DNA from: Octopus sinensis
Lineage: Eukaryota
NCBI RefSeq assembly: GCF_006345805.1
Contig: NC_043014.1
Location: forward strand, 39,246,001-39,310,000
Length of the DNA stretch: 64,000 bases
Direction of reading: 5' to 3'
In this document: positions 25,782 through 37,470 of the stretch, in pieces
Position numbering within the stretch: position 1 is the first letter of the stretch
How the letters are laid out: each line of letters begins with the position of its first letter
The notes under the pieces: generated by a model
Databases searched by the model: none
What the model was told of the DNA's origin: nothing
Seen by the model: the letters and a program-made list of their open reading frames with translations, nothing else
Made by a program: the position numbers and the translations under genes

Positions 25782-26567
25782 TTGTATATATATATATGTG
25801 TGTGTGTGTGTGTTTGTATATATATATATGTGTGTGTGTGTGTGTTTGTATATATATATATATATATGTGTGTGTGTTTGTATATATATGTGTGTGTGTG
25901 TATATATATATATACACAGGCGCAGGAGTGGCTGTGTGGTAAGTAGCTTGTTTACCAACCACATGGTTCCGGGTTCCGTGCCACTGTGTGGCACCTTGGG
26001 CAAGTGTCTTCTACTATAGCCTCGGGCTGACCAAAGCCTTGTGAGTGGATTTGGTAGAAACTGAAAGAACCCTGTCGTATATATGTATATATATATATGT
26101 GTGTGTGTATGTTTGTGTGTCTGTGTTTGTCCCATCCAACATCGCTTGACAACCGATGCTGGTGTGTTTATGTCCCCATCACTAAGCAGTTCAGCAAAAG
26201 AGACCGATAGAATAAGTACTAGGCTTACAAAGAATAAGTCCCGGGGTCAAGTTGCTCGATTAAAGGCGGTGCTCCAGCATGGCTGCAGTCAAATGACTGA
26301 AACAAGTAGAAGAGAGAAATATAAAAATATTGCTGTAAATATATAATTGTATATATACCTTTATATATATAGATGTACATGTATATATATACATATTAAT
26401 GTATATATATATTAATGGACATATATAAATATTGTTGTATATATGTATTTTTATATAGATATATACATATATATGTATAAATATTGACATGTATGTATTT
26501 GTGTGTATATATATTTAGAGATACATGTATATATCGATGTATAGATGGATACATATATATGTATGTA

Positions 26568-26601
<34 letters not shown>

Positions 26602-26668
26602 TATATATATATATATAGATCTATATGCATGTATATATATAGAGAGAGAGATAGATAGATGTATATAT

Positions 26669-26702
<34 letters not shown>

Positions 26703-27146
26703 GTATATGGGGAGAGTTTACGAAAAAACAAAAGACGAAGACAGGTGGTGTACAAAACAAACAAATGTATTAGTATAATGCTCAGGAATAGAAAAGTCTT
26801 TTACATTTCGAGCCTATGCTCTCTGCAGAAAGTGACACAGAAAAAACAAGGCAAGAAAAAAATGTGTGGTGGCTAACGATCCATCATGGCAACTGATATT
26901 ACGTACATATATTATATATATATGTATATATATATATATATATATTGTATATATATGTATATATATATTGTATATATATGTATATATATGTATATATATA
27001 TATGTATATATTATATGTATATATATGTATATATATATGTATATATATGTATATGTATATATATATGTATATATATATCTATGTATATATATATATGTTA
27101 TATATATGTATATATTTATATATATATATATATGTGTATATATATG

Positions 27147-27186
<40 letters not shown>

Positions 27187-27482
27187 TATGTAATATATGT
27201 ATATATATATATACACACACATGTATATAAATATGTATATACATATAGAATAAAAAGTTTTAAATGGTTCAACAATGCACTATAATACAGACAATGAGCT
27301 ATATACCTGTTGTAGTTTAGTCATCCATAGTCTGATATTAGACTATGGATGACTAAATTATAACAGGTATATAGCCCATTGTCTGTATCATAGTGCATTT
27401 TTGTACCATTTAAAACTTTTTATTCTTTACAAGCAATACACAATGCTTCAAGCTAACTACAAAACTCTCCTGTATATGTGTC

Positions 27483-27529
<47 letters not shown>

Positions 27530-27562
27530 TTGTATATATATATGTGTGTGTGTGTGTGTTTG

Positions 27563-27637
<75 letters not shown>

Positions 27638-27640
27638 TTG

Positions 27641-27671
<31 letters not shown>

Positions 27672-27674
27672 TTG

Positions 27675-27705
<31 letters not shown>

Positions 27706-28391
27706 TTGTATATATATGTGTGTGTGTATATATATACACAGGCGCAGGAGTTACTGTGTGGTAAGTAGCTTGTTTACCAACCACATGGTTCCGGGTTCCG
27801 TGCCACTGTGTAGCACCTTGGGCAAGTGTCTTCTACTATAGCCTCGGGCTGACCAAAGCCTTGTGAGTGGATTTGGTAGAAACTGAAAGAACCCTGTCGT
27901 ATATATGTATATATATATATGTGTGTGTGTATGTTTGTGTGTCTGTGTTTGTCCCATCCAACATCGCTTGACAACCGATGCTGGTGTGTTTATGTCCCCA
28001 TCACTAAGCAGTTCAGCAAAAGAGACCGATAGAATAAGTACTAGGCTTACAAAGAATAAGTCCCGGGGTCAAGTTGCTCGATTAAAGGCGGTGCTCCAGC
28101 ATGGCTGCAGTCAAATGACTGAAACAAGTAGAAGAGAGAAATATAAAAATATTGCTGTAAATATATAATTGTATATATACCTTTATATATATAGATGTAC
28201 ATGTATATATATAACATATTAATGTATATATATATTAATGGACATATATAAATATTGTTGTATATATGTATTTTTATATAGATATATACATATATATGTA
28301 TAAATATTGACATGTATGTATTTGTGTGTATATATATTTAGAGATACATGTATATATCGATGTATAGATGGATACATATATATGTATGTAA

Positions 28392-28425
<34 letters not shown>

Positions 28426-28740
28426 ATGTATATATATATATATATAGATCTATATGCATGTATATATATAGAGAGAGAGATAGATAGATGTATATATATA
28501 TATAGATGTATATGTATATATATATATATATATGTATATGGGGAGAGTTTACGAAAAAAACAAAAGACGAAGACAGGTGGTGTACAAAACAAACAAATGT
28601 ATTAGTATAATGCTCAGGAATAGAAAAGTCTTTTACATTTCGAGCCTATGCTCTTCTGCAGAAAGTGACACAGAAAAAACAAGGCAAGAAAAAAATGTGT
28701 GGTGGCTAACGATCCATCATGGCAACTGATATTACATACA
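24830..28740 (+). repeat. Direct tandem duplication, period about 1822 bp
   Basis: Unique blocks and SINE repeat at offsets 1822-1823 (25952/27774, 26515/28338) with few substitutions and variable microsatellite lengths. Confidence 0.95.
26725..26900 (-). mobile_element. Penelope-like terminal fragment, second family
   Basis: Minus strand cttt-ctgcaga-gagcataggctc-GAAA-tgta-aaag; copies at 28555-28735 and 58868-59010. Confidence 0.6.
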
Positions 28741-28776
28741 TATATATATATATGTATATATATATGTATATATATA

Positions 28777-28809
<33 letters not shown>

Positions 28810-29014
28810 CATACATATATATATATATATATATACATGTATATATACAGGAGAGTATTGTAGTTCTCTTGAAGCATTGTGTATTGTTGGTAAAGAATAA
28901 AGTATGTATATGTATATATATATTGCATTATGTATTTATATATATGTGTATATGTATATAAATATTGCAGCGTGTATATATATCTATATATATATGTATA
29001 AACATTGCAGTGTG

Positions 29015-29045
<31 letters not shown>

Positions 29046-29489
29046 TGTTGGAAATTTTTGCTGCATTCAAATTCCAGTGGGAGCTCATTGTTGGGTACTG
29101 AGGTGATGGCATTTCTTTAATCTTGCTTATTACTACTTACCTGTAGAATATATATATATATACACACACACACACAAACATACATCATGCGTAATTTATA
29201 AAATACATCCTTTTGTCACCCTTTTGTTTTCTTCATTTGCTGACATTATTTCATATACAACAGTTCATAAAATGAGGAGGAATATCCAAATGAACTAAGA
29301 AAGTAACAAGAAAGTCTGAATAATAATCTATGATGGAAAAAAAATGATTATAGCTACAATACATTCAAATATCAGCCTTCAACATTATTGTTGCTAATTA
29401 TTTTAGTTTCTATTTCTATATGTTTGGTGTTTTGTATTAGTCGAATCTAAGCTGTTACAAATGTATAAGCATGTGTATGTGTTTATGTA

Positions 29490-29494
29490 GATCA

Positions 29495-29538
<44 letters not shown>

Positions 29539-29765
29539 ATATATGTGTGTGTGTACTTTTATAAGTACACACACATGTATATGTACGTTATATATATATA
29601 TATTATATATATATATGTATATATATATATGTATGTATATATATATGTATATATGTATGTATATATGTATGTATATATATATGTATATATATATGTATAT
29701 ATATATGTATGTATATATATATGTATGTATATATATATGTATGTATATATATATGTATGTATATA

Positions 29766-29812
<47 letters not shown>

Positions 29813-30007
29813 ACTTATACATACACATGTATATGTATATACAAATAAATGTACATATATGTATAAATACATTCATGTATATGTATATACATGTATATGT
29901 ACATACATACATACATATATATATGCACACACACTCACACATATGCATACACATATATGTACATATATATATATATATATATATATACTCATGCATATAT
30001 ATATATG

Positions 30008-30053
<46 letters not shown>

Positions 30054-30240
30054 TATATTTGTGTGTAGTTATGTGTGTATTTGTGTATGTATATATACAT
30101 ATATATGTATGTATATATGTATATTTATGCATATATATATTACACATACACATACATATATATAGGTATATATGTCTGTCTGTATATATATGTAATATTT
30201 GTTATACCTTCTGTGTTTGTATGTACGTGCATGTGTATGC
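29490..30240. repeat. Compound TA/TATG/CA microsatellite
   Basis: Read directly. Similar arrays at 14636-14714, 15430-15665, 16780-17115, 24130-24660, 36225-36905, 41440-41820 and (TATC)n at 57477-57580. Confidence 0.97.
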
Positions 30241-31688
30241 ATGTGAATGATTGTGAGAGCAAGTACTTGCACCTTAATTAACACTTACTTGATAAATAAC
30301 AGAATTAAAAATATACACAAGTTGTGGCCTTATAGTCTCTCAAGAATTCCCCTTAAAAATATCAAATTTGTTAGGGTTAGGATTTCGTCTTTTTGTTTTT
30401 TGTAAAGAAAACCTCAATTACATAGAAGGTTTAAAAAAGGAATAATTTGTACAAAGTTTTGTGTCTCTCTCGAAACAACCTAACCTAAAGAAAATTTCAA
30501 ATATTGTTATGAGACTATTTTTATTTTATTTATTAATTTTTTTTTTTGAAAGCCTTAAAATATACCATATTTGCCAGCATATATAAGTTGCACCGGATTA
30601 TAATACATTTCACCATTTTTTTTTTAAATTCCAAGTGTAAATTTTTTTTGTAGGGGAAAAGCAAATGTAATTTTCAACTATAATTATTCTGGGTGAATTA
30701 CCCAGCTTTATAAATATATTTAAACTGTTTCGGGGGTACATTTTTTTTTTTTTTCCAAAGAGTAAAAAAAATGTGTCTTATCTATCTGCAAATATTGTAC
30801 ATTAAAAAAAAAAGTAATAAAAAGAAAAAAAGAAAGATTAAAAAAAAAAAAGAAAAGATGTTTAGACTGCAACTATATTGTTCAAAAATATTTGTACAGT
30901 GTAAAGAGAAGAAAAAAAGAATATTTGTAAGCACCATATGTAATAACCAAAAATTTTTTTCTTTTATGGAAGTATTTTTGCAACTGCAAATGATATCTCT
31001 AGTCTCTGATTGTATAATAACAATGGACTGGGAGGAGGGAATGACTAGTACATTGTCTCCCCTTTTTTAAAAAAAAATCTGTGGCCTAATCATTATGTAA
31101 TGAAATAGAAGATAACAATACTGTTTACTATGACACTACCTTCTCTTGATGATTTTTTTAAAAACCTCTGGTGTGTTGTGTATGAAGAAAGAAGATATAA
31201 AAAAAAATAATTAAAACTCCTTTTACTTCTGGGCTCGAAAATTTTTTGTTTTATGCAAAAAAGAAAAAAATGAAAAGAAAGTGAGAAAAAAACAAAAACA
31301 AAAAAAACAACAAAGCAAAATGACAAAAAAACCATGAATACAATACAGTACATGTCTTATAGTCTTATCTTTGTTGTTATGATGACCTGGACACATTAAG
31401 ACATAACCCAGCTTTTTTTAACACTTAGTGGACTTAATACATCATTTGATGAACTCGAAAACATTAACAAACACAGCATACATGCATTTATCTACTCCTA
31501 TGTTTCTATGGTTTGTCATTGTATGATGAAATAGCTACTTTGAATCCAACACATTTCTTCCTTCTGTTACATATGCGTGTGTGTGTGTGTATGTGTGTGT
31601 GTGTGTGTGTGTATACATATATATATATATATATATATCAGATGTTGCTACACATCGCTGGTCTCAATGCGCTTCGCATTGTTTATAT

Positions 31689-31978
31689 GTGGAGGCGCAA
31701 TGGCCCAGTGGTTAGGGTAGCGGACTCGCAGTTTCGATTCCCAGACCAGGCGTTGTGAGTGTTTATTGAGCGAAAACACCTAAAGCTCCATGAGGCTCCG
31801 GCAGGGGGTGGTAGCGATCCCTGCTGTACTCTTTTGCCACAACTCTCTCCCACTCTTTCTTCTGTTGGCCTGCTCACTTAGCCAGCGGGGTGGCGCCATT
31901 TGAAGGCTAAAACAATGCGAAGCGCATTGTGACCAGCGATGTGTATCAACATCTGATAGCCTGGTCGGTCACGGTGAT
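31689..31978 (+). mobile_element. tRNA-derived SINE family 3
   Basis: Head tggcccagtggttag...gtttcgattcc. Related heads with a different 3' tail at 50020-50385 - and 53525-53812 -; a tail-only piece at 15230-15430 +. Confidence 0.8.
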
Positions 31979-32774
31979 ATATATATATATGCATATATAT
32001 ATGTATATATGTAATGGAAAGTCAAGGAAAAATATAGCAAAAGAAAGGAAGAGAAGCTAGAGACAATTTACTATATACTTTTTGTGTATGTGTGTATGTT
32101 CTTTTGTTGTAATCATGTATAACTCCTGATTCCTGAATACAACATAATTCTTCCTCTCTCCTCTCTCTCTCTTCTTATTCCTTCCTGTATAATAAAAGAA
32201 AATGTGTAATAATGAATTGAAACCTAAAGAATATCCAAGAAACACATGGATTCAACATGTTTTATCATTGTTGTATCCATATTCACATGGGTTGGGTTGA
32301 TTGGTGTTATATATATATATATGAGCGGGGTGGTAAAATGTTCCTGGCTTTACATAAAAGAAAATACAGGAGGATCAGTTAATTATGATTTTATTCCACT
32401 CTCAGATTCACACACTTATTGCAGCAGTCCTTCAGTTTTTTTAATCCCTGAAAAAAAAACTTGGATGGTTGGACCTCCAACCAGGCCTTTTGTGATAAAC
32501 CTAAAGCCAGAAACTTTTCAGCATATATATATATATTTATAACTACTGTAGGATAAAATTTTTTTCGAAAAAAATTTTATCAATGGCCAGCATATCAAAA
32601 AATACCTTTAAAGGTTAAATTTATAAATAACATAAAATAAGGACAAAAGAAAAATTCTAATGCCAAATATGCCGAAAAAAAGACTATAATGGTTATTGAC
32701 AACTTTGTCTTTTTTTCAGCATATTTGGCATTAGAATTTTTCTTTTGCCCTTATTTTATAAGTTATATATATTT

Positions 32775-33170
32775 ATATATATATATTATATAAAATCTGT
32801 TCTGTCTGTCTCTGTGTGTGTCCTCTAGGATCTCTGGCATTCCTCCATCCGATTGTGCTCAAATTTGATATGTAGATACCGACGGTATCAGGGCATGTAT
32901 AAGTCTTGCAAAAATTACAACAATTGATTCCAGGTGAGAATGTAATCGATAAAGCCGTGGGAATATGCATTTGTAAAATCGTTTTTCTTGGAATAGAAAA
33001 AAGTCTATCTTTATTTCTTCTTTTGCAGGTGTCTCAAATTTAGGTTAAATCTGTGCTTCTCAAAGGGGAGGCCTATGGGATGGTCGGACAAATTGTTTTG
33101 AGAAAATTTAGTTTGAATGTTTGACAACTCAGCACTGCCTATTGGACGGCGGGGGGTCGTTTTGCTCGTA
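32775..33170 (+). mobile_element. Probable non-autonomous Helitron
   Basis: 5' atataaaatctgttctgtctgtc and degenerate 3' ggacggcggggggtcgttttgctcgta. Confidence 0.5.
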
Positions 33171-33983
33171 TATATATATATATATATATATATGATGTCC
33201 CAGAAAAACGTATACATTGAATGATTACAAAAAAGGTGTTTATTAAAATACATTTTAATTCCAAGGTTTAAGAGAATCTACAGAGAGAATATAATTTTGT
33301 TATGATTTCCTGTTTTCAAACTGATCAATCTGGTTTAAGCACTGCTGATAATGCAATTCAATGGGATCATAAATATAAAGAAAGAAGTATTTGTCAGCAA
33401 TTTTGTTGAATAGCTGAACTCAATTTGACAATTGTTACTGGTTTTGTAATGTAAACTTTAGTTTTGCAGTATTCCCATTAAACAAGTTCTAGTAGCGAAC
33501 GTGGAGGGTGTTCTACTGAACCTCTTCATACAATCTTTTTGGTAAAATCTTATAAAGGTAAGCCCTTACATTACTATGGTAGTGTGGTTGGTGCCCCATG
33601 TTCCTGAAAATAAAATGTCCACATCTTCAAATCCTCTTTTATACTTATCACGATAGAAAGTTCAAATAAAAGGAACAAGTTATGGTACCATAAGAAGAGA
33701 ATGGTCCAATTAATCCTGTTGATGATAAACTGTACTATACTGTAACTTCTGGTAACTTAACATGATGTTCCCCTCTAATGTGTGAATTCTCAGGTCCCCA
33801 ATAAGTGCAATTGTGGCAGTTAGTTGAGCCATTGAGTTCAAATTCTGCCGAGGTCGACTTTACCTTTCATCCTTTCGGGGGTTGATTAAATAAGTACCAG
33901 TTATGCACTGGGGTCGACGTAATCGACTTAATCCTTTTGTCTGTCCTTGTTTGTTTCCTCTATGTTTAACCTCCTGTGGGCAA

Positions 33984-34338
33984 TCTCTCTATATATAAAT
34001 GGCAAAATGTCTGTGTGTGTGTCCTTTATACAAATCCACAATTTTTCAGTTAGAGGGCTTGCACTTTCTATGATCATTCAAAATCGTCCAAGGGTGATCG
34101 TGCACATCTTTACATTTCCGTAAAGCCATTAAAAAAATCAATAGAAGTGACTTTTTTGTGAATTTTCTATCCAAAACCCAATCAAAATGCCTAAAACTTG
34201 ATACGCCATTTGAATGCCAGCTAGCTGTATGGTGATTGGTCAGAGATTTGGACAGTACTCGCGTGTATGTGCGCACGCATGCAACTGTATATGCATGCAC
34301 TAGCACTATGACCTGGCAACGCCAGGTCATAGTTCTAG
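33984..34338 (+). mobile_element. Non-autonomous Helitron
   Basis: 5' TC, subterminal hairpin ctatgacctggc-aac-gccaggtcatag, 3' CTAG; inserted between A and T (gggcaa^taaag) without a TSD. Confidence 0.9.
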
Positions 34339-36257
34339 TAAAGGTATTAATTTAAAAGTAGCCTTATCACTCCAAGCAATCTTGGACAGTGTACATCTTC
34401 TGCACATCTTGCCAAGTACCACTCATAAAGCTTCACTTTTCGATCCAAATCATCTTCATCAAGAGCATGGAGTATTGAATCTAACTTTTCCAATGACAGT
34501 GATTCATAAATCGCTTGCTACTCTGATTTCATGGAATTCTGGCTTTATGTTCCTAGTACACTTTCTTGCTTTGTATGAATTGTTGATGTCCATGGTCTTC
34601 TGGAACATTTCTTGAGGATCTTCTGAACAGTTCCATCTACTTCAAACATATCTTTAATTCAAGTGATGGTGGTTCACATACATGGATCTGTTTGAAATTC
34701 CCTTCTAAACTGTCCTTGTATTCCATCTACATTTTTAACTTCCTGTAGCACTTTAGGATATATTTCCTTTGTTCAAAGTTTAATCTGGCTCCCTTCATCA
34801 TTTCTTATAGGCTAAATTTAAAGAAAAGAATGAAAACTGAGTTATCAGCTGTTAAAGTGTGTATACATTTTTTTTTTTGGGGAGGGGTGACACATATGTC
34901 TTTATATCTTTTACTTGTTTCAGTGATTTGATTGTGGCTATGCAGGGGTTTTAGATAGTTACTTTGAAGGGTTTTGTTTGAATAGATCGATCCTAGAACT
35001 TTTTTTTTTTTCTAAAAGCCTTGTACTTATTCTATTGGACATTTTGGTTCTGGGAATGTAAACACACCAACACCAGTTGTCAAGCAGTGATGGTGGACAA
35101 ACACAGACACAATGATATACACAGATGGATATATATATACGTACATACATATATGCATGCATGCATACATACATACATGCATGCATACATACATACATAT
35201 ATAATAATTATTTGAGGGAATATTAATCCTAACTTACAGGGAAAAATTCAATTTAGAAATACTAAATCAAATTTCACACAATATGGTGTAATTTAATTGT
35301 TCATTTTGAATTGATAAAAGGTAGTTTTTCTAATATATATATATATATGTATAAGAGGAATGGCCACTAGGTGGATTCCTAATATGCTAAAGGTAGACCC
35401 CATATTAAATTTATATATATAGATATATATACTCTCACATATACACAATGATTTTCTTTCAGTTTCTGTCTGCCAAATCCACACAGAAAGTTTTGGTCTG
35501 CTTGAGACTGTAGTAGAAGACACCCAAAGTACCATGCAGTGGGACTGAACACAGAGCCATGTGGCTGAAAAGCAAGTTTCTTACCACACATCCATACCTG
35601 TGCCATCTATAGGGATTTCTATCATCTCATATTCTTGAGTCATTGTAGTACAATGATTTGCCACTCTCTCTCTTTATCTTTCTTTCTCCTGTTGGTCAAG
35701 CATTGTATAAATTGTATAAAATCATTGAAGTTTACCAATGCAAAACATTTCTGTGTGATGCCTTTGTACTTTGCATGATGAAATGAAACACTATTGTGGA
35801 CCCGTGGCCTATCATTGTAGGATCAATCCCACCAAATTCAATTTCACCTTTTATCCATCCAGGCTCTCTATAAAATAAATTCTACTCGGTGTTGAGGTAA
35901 TCAACTGATTCTTCCCCACAAAATGTGTATCTATCGGAAATCAATATAGGATGAAATAGATTTACAAATATTTGTTTCCTTTGGCTTAACATTGTATTGT
36001 ACACAGTATTTCTCTCTTTCATATGATAATTGAAAATTGGAAATTTGCTTAAAAGTTTCTATAGAACATCGATTTCTCTATATTCAGCACACAATGTCAA
36101 TTTTTGCAATATAAAGGCAGAGTTGGTCAAACACTAATATAGGACAGAGGTATTCTTCAGTCTTGTCAGGGACTTCTTTTATCTTGGTGGTAAAATATAA
36201 TATTCCCCCTTGTATATTTATGGATGTGTGTATATATGTATATAGATACATGTATAT

Positions 36258-36336
<79 letters not shown>

Positions 36337-36458
36337 TACATACATATATATATACATATACATCTATATATAAATATACATATATATGTGTACACATATA
36401 AATATACATATGTATGTGTACACATATATATATATATGTACACACACACATATATATA

Positions 36459-36506
<48 letters not shown>

Positions 36507-36867
36507 CATACATATATATATATGTACACACGCACATACATATGCACATAATACAGATATATACACACATACATACACACACTCGCACAGGTTTGCATAT
36601 ATACCTCCAACACACATACAGACATGCACACAATTATACACACACACAAGCGCACGCATGCACATATACGCCTATACAAACCCCACAAAAAAACCCACAC
36701 AACCCGTGCACACACACATACACACCAATACATATACATACACATACGCATACACATATAGACACAGACACACATAAATGCACACATACCTAACACTCAC
36801 AACCCCACGCATACACGTATAAACACCCAAATACACACACACACACAACTACATGCATATATATACT

Positions 36868-36909
<42 letters not shown>

Positions 36910-37149
36910 CAGGGGCACAGTCAGTGCGAGACCTGGGCATTTACATGAGTAATGATGCATCCTTCCATGTGCATGTTGCTAAATTGGCAGTAAAATGCAG
37001 GCAGCTGGCTTGATGGATTCTTAGAACTTTTAAAACAAGAGATCAGGAAACCATGATGGTCCTCGGGAGGACACTTGCCCTAAGCCACTTTGACTATTGC
37101 CAGTGTCAAATTAATCTCAGAACTTGAGGCAATCCAATGAAGCTACATG

Positions 37150-37470
37150 AAGTAGATAGCCTCTATGTAGCATACTGGGAAAGACTCAAGAGATTAGGAC
37201 TCTATTCCTTAGAGCATTGGCGAGAAAGATATGCCATAATATACATCTAGAAGGACTTGTCCCAAACTTTGGCATCGAGAGTTACAAAAATACTAAAACT
37301 GGGCGCCACTGCATAGTGCTAAGGACTCCAAATTTGCCATCAAGATGTAGGAGAAGATACTGTGATAGCTTGGGCTTCAGAGGTCCACAGCTCTTTAATA
37401 TCCTCCCGAAGGACCTGAGAGACCTGCATGGGGTGGATGTAGGTATCTTCAAAATAAAGCTGGACCTCTA
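37150..37470 (+). mobile_element. CR1/L2-group LINE 3' coding fragment
   Basis: YWERLKRLGLYSLE..RERY...LVPNFGI...SLGFRGPQLFNILPKDLRDL...FKIKLD. Confidence 0.85.

Noticed and set aside
24830-28740. Tandem retrozyme (hammerhead-delimited monomers)
   Set aside because: The period is 1.8 kb, mostly microsatellite plus SINE, and the cores are degenerate; a local duplication explains it.
29135-29143. Recursive splice site CAG|GTAAGT on the minus strand
   Set aside because: The pyrimidine tract is weak, and roughly one chance occurrence of this 9-mer is plausible in this much AT-rich DNA.
31689-31760. tRNA genes at A-box/B-box heads
   Set aside because: No cloverleaf or terminator is evident and each continues into SINE body sequence.
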